64,000 bases of DNA, taken from Polyangiales bacterium (GTDB taxonomy: Bacteria; Myxococcota_A; Polyangia; Polyangiales; JADJQN01). The DNA is taken from positions 672,001-736,000 of the forward strand of contig CAXNJO010000001.1 in NCBI GenBank assembly GCA_964202905.1. The letters are read 5' to 3'. The notes beneath the pieces are model-generated. The model saw only the letters and a list, made by a program, of their open reading frames with translations. It ran no database searches and was not told the origin of the DNA. Positions within the stretch are counted from its first letter, which is position 1. Each line of letters opens with the position of its first letter. Shown piece by piece: positions 9,986 to 22,255 of the stretch. A program made the position numbers and the translations under genes.

Positions 9986-12900
9986 ATGACGAGCAAGGAA
10001 AGCAAGACCATGCGCTACGGAACCCACGCGGTCGGCCGCACCGTCAAGTCGGTCGCTCTCTTCGCCGCGCTCGCGGTCAGCCTGTTCGGTTGCGCTGAAG
10101 CGCAACCAACGGTCAACCGCGTGCAGACGAACGTCCTCGACAAATCCGTCCTCGACGGCGAGTGGTGGTACGCCACCACCATCATCGATGTCGACGCAGA
10201 CGAGGCCGTCATCCTCGGCGCCGGTGGCCTCGCGCCATTTGACGGCTCGATGTCGATGGTCGACTTTGGCGTCGATACGGGCAATTCGTTCAACATCGCC
10301 CGCATCCGCTGGGTGCTCGATGAGAACTTCCTCTACGCCTACCGCTCGTACGAGTTGATCGACGGCGGGAACGACAACGGCCGGAGCCCAGATTTCCGCG
10401 GGCAGCCGCTCGCCGCGTTCTCGGTTCAAGGCCACCTCGACGTCCGGCGCGACTACAATCCGGTCCACCGGCGAAGAGACCAACGTCATCGTGGAGAACG
10501 CCTCCGATCGACGCTGGTACGAGCGTGAGTTCGTGCGCGTCGACTGGTCACAAAACCTGATCAGCCCCTTCTACGCGAACTACGGCCCTGAGATCGCGGA
10601 GCTCTACAACATCCTCCAGCCCGAGCCGGTCCCCTTCGACTTCCAGACGGGCGCGCACGGCGAGATGTGCGGCGACGCGCCGTGCTTCCCGAAGAGCTAC
10701 GAGCCCCAGTTCGTCCGCGTGAAGGACGACAGCGGCTACCGCTTCGCAGACGAGTGGCCGGCTGCGTCGAGTGACACGATTCACTACATGTCGTTCGTCA
10801 ACCAGGAAGTCTGGTCACCGGGCGCAAATTGCCTCTTTTTCGGCGGCATCTGTTCGTCGGCAGCGGTGACGGTGCGCGCGTCGTTCCTTCGTGTGCCGCC
10901 CAACCATGAGTACGCCGCGGACGTGCAGACGCACGATGAGTTCGACCGCTTCGGGCTCTTCCGCTCGTATCAGCGCACGTACGTCCGCGGCGGCCAAGAC
11001 CGCAGCGTCGTGGCCGACCACTGCACGGAAGACGCAGACTGCGGCGCGGGCGGTTTCTGCGGCGCGTCGCACGTCTGTGAGGGCGGCCTGTCGCGGGACT
11101 ACGGCGAGACGGACTTCCTGACCTTCTACCGCCCACGGCACAACTTCTACTCGAACTCGCTCACGGAGGTCACGTGTCGCGCCGACTGGGAGTGTGACAA
11201 CCGCTACGGCGATGCTCCGGCCGGCGCACCTGGCGTCGGTTCGCAATGTGATCGCGCGTCGCGCCGCTGCTCCACGCCCGTCGCTGCGCGCGGTCTGCGT
11301 CCGGTGACCTACCATCTGAGCCCGGGTTTCCCGCGGCACCTGGCGCGCACCGCGTTTCAGATTCTCGGCGATTGGAACGAAGCCTTCATGCGCGGCCAGC
11401 GCGGCGCGACGGGCGTGCCGGGGATGGATGGCGCGGCGGTCCGCATCGACGCCCAGACCACCGACCCCACGCAGTACTGCTGGCAGAGCCCGGACGGCAC
11501 CCTCAAGGCGCCGGAGCTCGATTCTGACGGGAAGTGCGACTACAAGTACGACCCGTTCCAGACCCCTGCGGCGGCGACCGCAGCGGGCGTCGTCAACGCA
11601 TACGACTGCCACATCACGGGTCCTGCGGACGTTGCCCACCCGACCTCGTACGAGGACTACGGCGCGGACGCCTTCTCGTACTCGTTCTCCGGCAGCGAAT
11701 GCATGTTCTTCCTCAAGGCGAACTCGTGCGACATCACGCCGGGCGCGCCGTGTGAGGACCTCGGCGATATCCGCTACCAGTTCTTCAACTACATCCAGCA
11801 CGGCGCGGTCGGCTTCGGGGGCGTCTCGCTGCCGATGATGGACCCGCGTACGGGCGAGCTCATCACCTCGAACGCGAACATGGCGGGCGAATCGATCGAG
11901 TCGATCGCCACGACCGCTGCGCACTTCTTCCCGGTGCTTCGCGGTGAGACGCCGGAGGATGCGTACTTCTCGGGCGAGTATGTCCGCGGCTTCTACAGCC
12001 GCCTTGGCCAGACGGAAGTGCCCGCCGCGATCGCCAACTCGGGCACCGATGGCTACTCGAACCCGGACGGGACCCGTCCGGCCATCCCGCTCGACCTGCA
12101 CGACGCGATCGTCGATCGCTTCGCGCAGCTCTCGCCGCGGCTCGAGCAGCTTCGCGGGACCGAAGGGCGCGCGCTCATCCGGTCGGACCGGATGCGGGCG
12201 CTGGCGGGGACCGACATCGAGCGCCGCTTTGCAGCCGCGATGGGCCTCGAGGCGGTGAACGCGCGCGTCGGCATGGAGAACCTCGACGCATCCCTCTCGG
12301 GCCAGTCGGCAGACACCATCGCGACGCAGCCTTCCATCCTCGCGCGCACGTCGCCGTTCCGTGGCAATCCGCTCGGCATGGCTGACCGCGATCGTCTCCG
12401 CGCGGAGTTCGAGTCGCGTCGCAACATCGACCCGCGGGCCGATGAGCGCGCAGCGCTCTACAACGCGACGAATTGGCAGTACTGGGCGAACGCCTTCGCG
12501 AAGGTCGCCGACGCGGCGACGCGCAACAAGGAGGCTTCGGTGCGCATGCAGCAGGCCTTCCTGCGCGGCGTCATGTACCACGAGATGGGCCACTCGGTCG
12601 GTCTGCGGCACAACTTCGCAGGCACGTTCGACCGCAACAACTACTACGACGGCTACTACAACATCGCCCGCGAGATCCCCCTGCCGTTCTACGGCGACTA
12701 CGACCTCGCCGAGCTTGGTGGTAACCGCGACGGTGAGCTCAACGGGCAGGAGCTCAACAACTATCAGCGCGACCTTCGGACTGCGCGGCAGGAGCGTGGC
12801 GCGCGCGGCATCGGCAACACGATGTCGGGTTCCATCATGGACTACCATGGCGACCTCTCGGACCTTTCGGGGATCGGGCGCTACGACATCGCCGCGACGA

Positions 12901-14522
12901 TGTGGAGCTACTTCAACGTCGTCGAGGCGTACACCGAGGACCCGGAGCTCGAGAGCCCCGAGCGCAACCTCGACGGGCTCGTCGAGGCCGACCGTGCGGG
13001 ACGGACGCTGCTTCCGACCTACCGCGGCGGCGACAGCTGTGACGTCGACACCGACTGTCCGTACTCCCCCGGTCGCCTCTCGACCGCCGCGCCCTTCGCG
13101 CAGAAGTGCATCAAGAACCCGCGATACGCGCCCGTCCCCGAGCGCTGCGAGGGTGACCGGAACTGCCTGTGCTCCACGTTCGACGAGGATTTCAAGGACT
13201 ACGTCGTCTCCGGCACGCCGGCGCTCTACCCGGTGAAGTACCTCTTCTGCACCGACGACCGCACCAACGACATCTCGTGGTGCAACCGCTTTGACGCCGG
13301 CGAGTCTTTCCAGGAGTCGGTCGACAACTACCGCCGCACCTGGGAGGAGTCCTACCCCCGCGCTTACTACCGCAATTACCGCGCGGGCGGTGCCCGCGGT
13401 CGTGCGACATACGGCGCCATCCAGGACGCGGCGAAGATCTACCAGCACCTGTTCTTCCGCTACTTCTTCGAGCCGGAGTTCCGCTCGCAGAGCGGCCCGC
13501 TCGGGCTCGACGACCAGTACACCGCGTCGATCGACACGATGAACTGGCTCGCGGAGATCATCTCGCTGCCCGACGTCGGCGCCTACGAGCTCGACACGGC
13601 CGCGAACATTTACCGGCGCGTCAGCGAGAACCCGGACGCGCCGGGAGCCGATTTCGGCCTGCGCCCCGGCACCGGTTACCACATGTGGTCGGCCTACCAG
13701 ACTGGTCAGAACGGCTTCTTCCGCATGGAGCGGGCGGGCACGTTCAACGACAAGCTCTTCGCGATGTACGCCCTCGCGCTGCGTGACTGGAACCTCTCCT
13801 TCACGGTGGACGAGCGCTACTTCATCAACTTCTATGACCTGTTCCCGCTCGAGATGACTGAGTTCTTCGGCGCGTACATCCAGGACGACACCCGCGGTTA
13901 TGCGCCGCGTGTCCGGATGTCTTCGGCGGGTCCGGTCGTCCAGCACCTGAACTGGTGGCGTGGCAATTCGAACTGCGGGCCCTCGGGCGTCGAGCCATGC
14001 CGTGGCACGATCGACACCGTCTATCCGGAGCCGGCGCTTGATGGCACGAGCACGGAGCTTCTGCGCGACTGGGCGGCGATCCTCTCGCTCGCGCAGTTCC
14101 CGGTGTTCTACGACACGTCCTTCGAGCAGCGGCTCATGGTCTACAAGATCGGTTCGGGCGACGGCGCGGACATCCCCGCCACGCGCCCGGACGGAACCCC
14201 GACCTGTGGGTTCGGTGAGCCCGGTTGCACGCAGCCGGACTACATCGAGTACGAGTCGGATCGTCTCCACACCACGTACGTCGCGGTCGTCATCCGGCCC
14301 CGCTACGACTACAACCTGCCCGAGGAGGAGCTCGGACTCCGCCTGCTCGCCCGCATCCGCGGTCTGCAGGACGAGGCGCGCGCCCTCGAGGCGCTCCCGT
14401 CGCCGACCGCGGCGGAGCTCGCGCGGTCGCGTGCGCTGCGCACCCAGCTGGCGCAGGAGGACTCGTTCCTCGAGTACCTGATCGACGTTCAGCGCTCGTA
14501 CGGCATCAGCTCGTACCTCTGA
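9986..14522 (+). CDS. Large Cys-rich lipoprotein zinc-dependent metalloprotease, paralog 2 (one +1 frameshift at ~10466, probably a sequencing error)
   Basis: Lipobox SLFG-C. ORFs 9986-10528 and 10491-14522 join if one C at 10465/10466 is removed, giving DYNPVTGEETNVIVEN (paralog 1: QYNTTTGEELNVIEEN). HEMGHSVGLRH near 12579 and SIMDY. Confidence 0.85.
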
Positions 14523-14529
14523 GCGACGC

Positions 14530-14598
14530 GCGGCCGTTCGGCCGCTGCCCACCCCCGCACGCCCCCGGCGCCTTTCGGCTCCGGGGGCGTCGGCTTTT
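14530..14598 (+). terminator. Tandem hairpins after the metalloprotease operon, probable intrinsic terminator
   Basis: GCGGCC-GTTC-GGCCGC at 14530-14545 and GCCCCCGG…CCGGGGGC at 14561-14588, followed by GGCTTTT. Confidence 0.5.
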
Positions 14599-14961
14599 GG
14601 GGGCCTCGAGGTGGGCGGTGCCCCTGATGGGAGCGGGATGTCGGGGGTTGGCGGCGAGGGCTGGGGGGAGCGTCGCTGTCGGGATTCGCGGGTTGGAAGG
14701 TGGCAGGGCGTTTGCGGGTAGAGTGGACTCTGAGACACGCCTCCCGGCCTGTCGCTGAGCGCGCTTTACCGCTCCACTCGCCCTGTCGCGGACTTTACAA
14801 AGGCCAATTGACGCAGCGCGGTGCGACTTGACGCGTTGACAGCTGTAAAGATGGATGGCCGTGCGCGGGTGTCGGTGGTAACTTCGCCGCCGTTCGGCGC
14901 GGCGGCGCGCCGTTGGAACGCACGCCTTCGGAGCGTGCCGCCAGAGGAGGCTGCTGTGGCC

Positions 14962-16032
14962 ATGCTCACCCGCGACGACGCCGGTTCCACCGACCTGCTG
15001 CGGCTGTACCGGCAGATGTTCTTGATCCGTCGCTTCGAGGAGGAGGCGGCGCGCTCCTACGCGCAGGGGAAGATCGGCGGCTTCCTCCACCTCTACATCG
15101 GGCAGGAGGCGGTGGCCGTCGGGGTGAACGCCCTGATGGAGCCGGATGATTACTTCGTCACGACGTACCGCGATCACGGCGTCGCGCTCGCACGGGGCAT
15201 GACGGCGCGGGCCTGCATGGCCGAGCTCTACGGCAAGGTCACGGGCTGCTCGAAGGGCATGGGCGGCTCGATGCACATGTTCGATCGCGAGCACAATTTT
15301 CTCGGCGGGCACGGCATCGTCGGGGCGCATGTCGCGCTCGCGGCGGGGGCGGCGTGGGCGAGCAAGTACCGGGGTGACGGGCGGGTGACGCTCTGCTTCT
15401 TCGGCGATGGCGCGACGAACATCGGCGGCTTCCACGAGGGCGTGTCGCTCGCGGCGCTTTGGAAGCTGCCGATCGTGTTCGTCTGTGAGAACAACGAGTA
15501 TTCGATGGGCACGCCGGCCGAGCGCACGCTGCCGCAGCGTGACGTCTCGAAGAAGGGCGCGGCCTACGACATCCCGGGGCTGCGCTTCCGTGGGCAGGAT
15601 GTCGTCGAGGTGATGGAGCGGATGCGCGAGCCGATCGCGCGCGCCCGCCGCGGAGAGGGCCCGACGATGGTCGAGGTGCAGACGTACCGCTATCGCGGGC
15701 ACTCGATGAGCGACCCGGGGAAGTACCGCACCGCGGAGGAGGTCGAGGAGCGCAAGAAGGCGGACCCGGTCCGACTGGGGCGCATCCATGTGCTCGGGGC
15801 GGGCGCGACGGAAGAGGCGCTCGCCGCGCTCGATGCGTCGGTCGAGGCGGAGGTCGCCGATGCGTTGACGTTCGCGGACGAGAGCGCGCAGCCCGACGAG
15901 GCGCTGCTGCATTCGCTCGTGCTGGCGCCGAATGGAGACGGCGATCATCCACCGCCGCTTGGCTCCTATCCCGCCGAGCAACATGCGGGCGCCGCGGTCG
16001 ACGCCGACAAGGTGGCGGTGCGCCATGCGTGA
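14962..16032 (+). CDS. pdhA: Pyruvate dehydrogenase E1 alpha subunit
   Basis: GKIGGFLHLYIGQEA, GGSMHMF, TPP motif GDGA…CENN and TYRYRGHSMSDP. GAGGAGG RBS. Confidence 0.96.
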   Translation: MLTRDDAGSTDLLRLYRQMFLIRRFEEEAARSYAQGKIGGFLHLYIGQEAVAVGVNALMEPDDYFVTTYRDHGVALARGMTARACMAELYGKVTGCSKGMGGSMHMFDREHNFLGGHGIVGAHVALAAGAAWASKYRGDGRVTLCFFGDGATNIGGFHEGVSLAALWKLPIVFVCENNEYSMGTPAERTLPQRDVSKKGAAYDIPGLRFRGQDVVEVMERMREPIARARRGEGPTMVEVQTYRYRGHSMSDPGKYRTAEEVEERKKADPVRLGRIHVLGAGATEEALAALDASVEAEVADALTFADESAQPDEALLHSLVLAPNGDGDHPPPLGSYPAEQHAGAAVDADKVAVRHA

Positions 16033-17011
16033 GATTCGCTATCGCGAGGCCGTGCGTGAGGCGCTCGCCGAAGAGCTCGCGCGGGATCCGCGCGTGTTCG
16101 TCATGGGCGAGGAGGTCGGGTACTACAACGGCGCGTACAAGGTTACCGAGGGGCTGCTCGCGCGCTTCGGTCCGCAACGCGTCGTCGACACGCCGATCGC
16201 GGAGGCCGGCTTTGCGGGGATCGGCGTGGGCGCGGCGATGGTGGGGCTGCGGCCCGTCATCGAGTTCATGACGTGGAACTTCAGCGCTGTCGCGTTCGAC
16301 CAGATCCTCAACAACGCGGCGAAGCTCTATCAGATGAGCGGCGGACAGTACAAAGTGCCCGTCGTCTTCCGCGGTCCGAACGGCGCGGCGCGACAGGTCG
16401 CAGCGCAGCACTCGCACAGCATGGACCCGTTCTACGTGAACATCCCCGGCCTCTACGTGGTCGCGCCGGGGACGCCGCGTGACGCGAAAGGCCTGCTGAA
16501 AACCGCGATCCGGGACGACAGTCCCGTCGTCTTCCTCGAGGGCGAGACGCTCTACGGCGTCAAGGGCGAGGTGCCCGAGGTGGATGCCGACGAGTGCATC
16601 CCGCTCGGCAAGGCGCGTGTCGCGCGCGAGGGGACGGATGTGACGATCGTCGCGTGGGGGCGGCCGCTGCACACCGCGCTCGACGCGGCGCGGGTCCTCG
16701 AGGAGTCGGGCGTCTCGTGCGAGGTCGTCGACCCGCGCACGTTGAGGCCGCTCGATCACGAGACGATCGTCGCGAGCGTGAAGAAGACCAACCGTTGCGT
16801 CGTGGTGCACGAGCACTGGGAGCATGGCGGGACGGGCGCACAGATCGTGGACGTCGTGCAGCGCGAGGCGTTCGACTGGCTCGATGCCCCCGTGCTGCGC
16901 GTGCACAACCAGGATGTGCCGATGCCCTACGCGGTGAACCTCGAGAACGTGGTGCTGCCGACGGTCGAGCGCGTGGTCGCGGCCGTCGAGCGCGTCACCT
17001 ACAAGCGCTGA
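16025..17011 (+). CDS. pdhB: Pyruvate dehydrogenase E1 beta subunit
   Basis: MREIRYREA, VFVMGEEV, DTPIAE, EFMTWNF and QHSH. Start overlaps the end of pdhA. Confidence 0.96.
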   Translation: MREIRYREAVREALAEELARDPRVFVMGEEVGYYNGAYKVTEGLLARFGPQRVVDTPIAEAGFAGIGVGAAMVGLRPVIEFMTWNFSAVAFDQILNNAAKLYQMSGGQYKVPVVFRGPNGAARQVAAQHSHSMDPFYVNIPGLYVVAPGTPRDAKGLLKTAIRDDSPVVFLEGETLYGVKGEVPEVDADECIPLGKARVAREGTDVTIVAWGRPLHTALDAARVLEESGVSCEVVDPRTLRPLDHETIVASVKKTNRCVVVHEHWEHGGTGAQIVDVVQREAFDWLDAPVLRVHNQDVPMPYAVNLENVVLPTVERVVAAVERVTYKR

Positions 17012-17022
17012 GGAGAGCGAGC

Positions 17023-18339
17023 ATGGCGAAGATCATCGGGCTCCCGAAGCTCTCTCCGACGATGGACGAGGGCGTGCTCGCCCGCTGGGCGAAGAAGGTC
17101 GGCGACGACGTCGCGGTCGACGACATCCTCGCGGAGGTCGAGACGGACAAGGCGACGATGGAGTTCCGCTCCTTCGATCGTGGTGTCGTGCTTGCGCTGC
17201 TCGCGGCGGAGGGTGAGTCGCTGAAGCCGGACGCGCCGGTGTTGGTGATCGGCCAGCGCGGGGAGGACGTGAGCGCGCTGGTCGCGAAGGCGAAGGGCGG
17301 GGCCGTGGCTGCGGCCCCGGTCGCGCCGGCCGCAGACTCCTCCGCGGTGGCGTCTGCCGCGGTGTCGTCGGGCGTCGCGGCGTCGGCCGCGTTGTCAGCG
17401 GCCGCGGCGCCGGCCATCGCCACGCCTGCGGACGAGGCCCCGGCTAGCGGTCGGGTGATGGCGTCGCCCGTCGTGCGGAAGCTCGCCCGCGAACACGAGC
17501 TCGACCTGCGCGCCGTGCGCGGGAGCGGCCCGCATGGGCGAATCGTGAAGCGCGACGTGGATGTGCTGGTGTCCGCGGGGGGCGCCTCGGTGGGCGGCAC
17601 GTCGGTCGCGCCGCCGCAGGGATTTGCCGCGATATCCGGTGGCGTGCGCCCTGCGCCGCGCATCGAGAAGCTCTCGCAGATGCGCAAGACGATCGCGCGT
17701 CGGCTCACGGAGTCGAAGCAGACCGTCCCGCACTTCTATTTGACGATCGACCTCGACGCGGAGCCGCTGCTCGCCGCGCGCGCGCAGCTGGTCCTCGCGC
17801 TCGAGAAACAGAAGGAGAAGGTCAGCGTCAACGACCTGCTCATCAAGGCGTGCGCGACGGCGTTGCGGCTCGTGCCCGAGTGCAACGCGAGCTTCATGGG
17901 CGACGCGATCCACTATCACCAGCGCGTCGACGTCTCGGTCGCCGTCGCGGTCGCCGAGGGTCTGGTGACGCCCGTGGTGCGCGATGCGGACCGCAAGGGC
18001 GTGCTCGAGATCGCGCGCGAGGTGCGCGAGCTCGCGGCGCGGGCGCGGGACAAGAAGCTGCGTCCCGAGGAGATGATGGACGGCACCTTCAGCCTCTCGA
18101 ACCTCGGCATGTACGACATCGAGAGCTTCGGTGCGGTCATCAACCCGCCCGAGGGCGCGATCCTCGCGGTCGGTGCCGTGCGGGACGAGGCCATCGTCCG
18201 TGATGGTGTGGTCGTCCCGGGCAAGCGCATGCGCGTGACGCTCTCGTGCGACCACCGCGTGGTCGATGGCGCGGTCGGCGCGCGCTGGCTGCAGGCGCTC
18301 CGCGGCGTCGTCGAGCGACCCGTGACGATGTTGCTCTGA
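17023..18339 (+). CDS. pdhC: Pyruvate dehydrogenase E2, dihydrolipoamide acetyltransferase (single lipoyl domain)
   Basis: LSPTMDEG…VETDKA lipoyl domain, ASPVVRKLA…GSGPHGRI E3-binding domain and catalytic DHRVVDG. Confidence 0.95.
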   Translation: MAKIIGLPKLSPTMDEGVLARWAKKVGDDVAVDDILAEVETDKATMEFRSFDRGVVLALLAAEGESLKPDAPVLVIGQRGEDVSALVAKAKGGAVAAAPVAPAADSSAVASAAVSSGVAASAALSAAAAPAIATPADEAPASGRVMASPVVRKLAREHELDLRAVRGSGPHGRIVKRDVDVLVSAGGASVGGTSVAPPQGFAAISGGVRPAPRIEKLSQMRKTIARRLTESKQTVPHFYLTIDLDAEPLLAARAQLVLALEKQKEKVSVNDLLIKACATALRLVPECNASFMGDAIHYHQRVDVSVAVAVAEGLVTPVVRDADRKGVLEIAREVRELAARARDKKLRPEEMMDGTFSLSNLGMYDIESFGAVINPPEGAILAVGAVRDEAIVRDGVVVPGKRMRVTLSCDHRVVDGAVGARWLQALRGVVERPVTMLL

Positions 18340-18396
18340 GGCGTTTCGCGCCTGCCGTGCGGGGCGGGCGCCGTGCGTGGGTCGCAGCGCGGCGCC

Positions 18397-18783
18397 TCAG
18401 GGCGCGGGGCGCGGGGGGAGCGCGAGGCCCTCGAGGGGCGGGCGCAGGCGCTCGTGGCGGCGGGCGCGGAGCGTCTCGATCACGGCGCGGAGGGTCGGGT
18501 CGTCGGCGCGCCGGGCGTCGAGGCGGGTGCCCTTCTGCGCGTTGCAGCGCGTGCAGGCGATCGCGAGGTTCTCGAGATCGTCGGTGCCGCCGTGCGTGCG
18601 GGGGACGATGTGCTCGAGGCTCGCGCCGCCGAGCGGTTTGCCGCGCCGCGACACGCTGACGCGCGTGCGGCAGTGGATGCACTTGCCGGTGAGCGCGGGT
18701 TCGCCGCCGAGCAGCGTCGGCTCGAAGGTGGCGTCGGTGGCGGCGCACCAGAGCAGGAGCTGGTGCGTCGAGAGTGGCCTCAT
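18397..18783 (-). CDS. Small HNH endonuclease
   Basis: CIHC … EHIVPRTHGGTDDLENLAIACTRCNAQKG. Confidence 0.85.
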   Translation of the reverse strand: MRPLSTHQLLLWCAATDATFEPTLLGGEPALTGKCIHCRTRVSVSRRGKPLGGASLEHIVPRTHGGTDDLENLAIACTRCNAQKGTRLDARRADDPTLRAVIETLRARRHERLRPPLEGLALPPRPAP

Positions 18784-18820
18784 GGCGCGGGCCCCTCGAC
18801 ACCGTCGAGGGGGGTAGCCC

Positions 18821-20146
18821 TCAACGGCGGCGTCGCGCCGGCGCGGTTTCTGTCGCGGGTGCGGCCTCAGGGGCCGGGGCAGCCGGGGCGGCCTGCGCAG
18901 CGGGGGCGGGCGCGGCTTCGGGCGCGGGGGGGTACGCCTCGGGCTGCGCCTCGAGCGCCTGACGGAGCGCATCGACGGCCTGACGCGCTTCGTCCGCGGC
19001 GGCGCGTGCGTCTTCCGCGGCGGCGCGCGCGTCGGCGGCGGCCGCGCTCTCGACGGAGGCGGCGAGGTCGCTGCCGAACCAATCGCTGCGGACCGCGAAG
19101 CCGAGCGAGAAGGCGTTGGTGAGCGCGGTGTTGCGGCCCCAGAGCGTGCGGCCGTACCCCACGTTCATCTCGACGGTGTCGGTGATCTTCACGATCATGC
19201 CGGCGTTCACGTCGATGGCGTCGCGCTCGAGGCGCACCTCGCGGAGGTAGAGGTTCGCGAGGCCCGCGTAGTCTTGCGCGGGGAGGTTCGGGTCGATCGC
19301 GGCGACCGAGATGCCGATGACGTCGCCGCGCTCGGCCGACCAGGTGAGCTGGCCGCCCACGTAGAAGAGCAGGCTCCGGCCGATGAGCTGACCGAGGCTC
19401 AGGCGGCCGACGAGCTGGTCCGCGGCCTTGCCGAAGCGCAGGTTGTAGCCCGCGTCGAGGCGCACGAAGGTGCGCGTCGGAAACGCGTAGCCGAGCAGCA
19501 CGTTGAGCCCGACGTCGAGCTGGCCATCGCCGAGCGTGACGTCGTCCTGCACGTTCGACGGGCGCGCGTAGGTGCCCGCGTTGTCGATGAAATCCTGGAT
19601 GCTGTTGGGGCGCGCGCCGAAGGTGCCGACCGGCGCGTCGTAGCCCGTGGGCGCCTTGATGCGCAGCTCGGTGGCGAGCGCGAGGGGCTGCAGCAGCCAG
19701 CGATAGCGCGTCGCGAACTGGATGTCGCCGATGCCGCTCCGCGTGCGCGCGAGCTGGATGATGTTCTGCTGGTAGTAGTCGAGCTCGGCGCCCGGGGTCA
19801 TCGCGACCGGGTCGTTGGGCAGGAGGATGACGGAGTCCGAGCCGTAGGAGACGAGCTTCAGCGGGAGGCTCACGTCGAGCTCGAGGCGGTCGGTCAGGCC
19901 CACGCGCGCCTGCACCGTGAACGTGGAGGCTTCGTAGCGCCCCGCGAGCGGGAAGTTGCGCGCGTCGCGGAACATCGCGTCGTCGCGCGAGAACCACTCC
20001 TGCGTCGCGAGCTGGTACGAGTAGCCTGCGGCCACCACGCCCGTACCGCGCGGCAACGTCCAGGGGGAGGCAGAGGCGAGCGAGGCTGTGCAGAGGACGA
20101 GCGCGGCCGGGAGCCACGCGAGCCAAGAGCGGGGAATGCGGTGCAT
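18821..20146 (-). CDS. Secreted probable outer-membrane beta-barrel (MetA-pathway/transporter-like) with a C-terminal coiled-coil and Pro/Ala tail
   Basis: Signal peptide MHRIPR…ASLASA, strand motifs VGLTDRLELDVSLP, GIGDIQFATRYR, LGDGQLDVGL and NVGYGRTLWG. Confidence 0.6.
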   Translation of the reverse strand: MHRIPRSWLAWLPAALVLCTASLASASPWTLPRGTGVVAAGYSYQLATQEWFSRDDAMFRDARNFPLAGRYEASTFTVQARVGLTDRLELDVSLPLKLVSYGSDSVILLPNDPVAMTPGAELDYYQQNIIQLARTRSGIGDIQFATRYRWLLQPLALATELRIKAPTGYDAPVGTFGARPNSIQDFIDNAGTYARPSNVQDDVTLGDGQLDVGLNVLLGYAFPTRTFVRLDAGYNLRFGKAADQLVGRLSLGQLIGRSLLFYVGGQLTWSAERGDVIGISVAAIDPNLPAQDYAGLANLYLREVRLERDAIDVNAGMIVKITDTVEMNVGYGRTLWGRNTALTNAFSLGFAVRSDWFGSDLAASVESAAAADARAAAEDARAAADEARQAVDALRQALEAQPEAYPPAPEAAPAPAAQAAPAAPAPEAAPATETAPARRRR

Positions 20147-20255
20147 GGGTCGGGTCCGGGGCGGCGGGTCGCGGTTTAAGGGAGGGTCGGGGCGGCGGCG
20201 GGGGAAGAGGCGCGCCGCGCGCGGGGGCGTGACGTCGGGGCCTGCCGCTAGAACG

Positions 20256-22013
<1,758 letters not shown>

Positions 22014-22255
22014 GATTCCGCACTCCGACTGCCGGTCTCACCACGAAACACGTGCGACGGGTGGGAGCCTACCGCGCCCCGGGGTCGTTGGGTCATCTCT
22101 TCGTCCGTGACGACTCCGATGCGCGTCGACCGGGCGGCGCCGCGGAGAGGCGCGCCCGGGGTCGTTGCAACCCACGGATCGCGCCCGTATCGTTCCGCGC
22201 TCCCGCTCATCCCGTTATTTCGGCGATCGCCGCCCTCCGTCGAGGAGCCCCAGCC

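Noticed and set aside
9986..10528. Separate 180-aa lipoprotein gene
   Set aside because: It is the N-terminus of metalloprotease paralog 2; similarity to paralog 1 continues across the single-base insertion.
6369..14738. Long antisense ORFs (976 aa and 1307 aa) and similar shadow ORFs across the window
   Set aside because: They mirror real genes in high-GC DNA, are rich in R/A/G/V and carry no motifs.
18397..18783. HNH gene as a mobile element or defence system
   Set aside because: There are no flanking repeats, intron context, methylase or other defence genes next to it.
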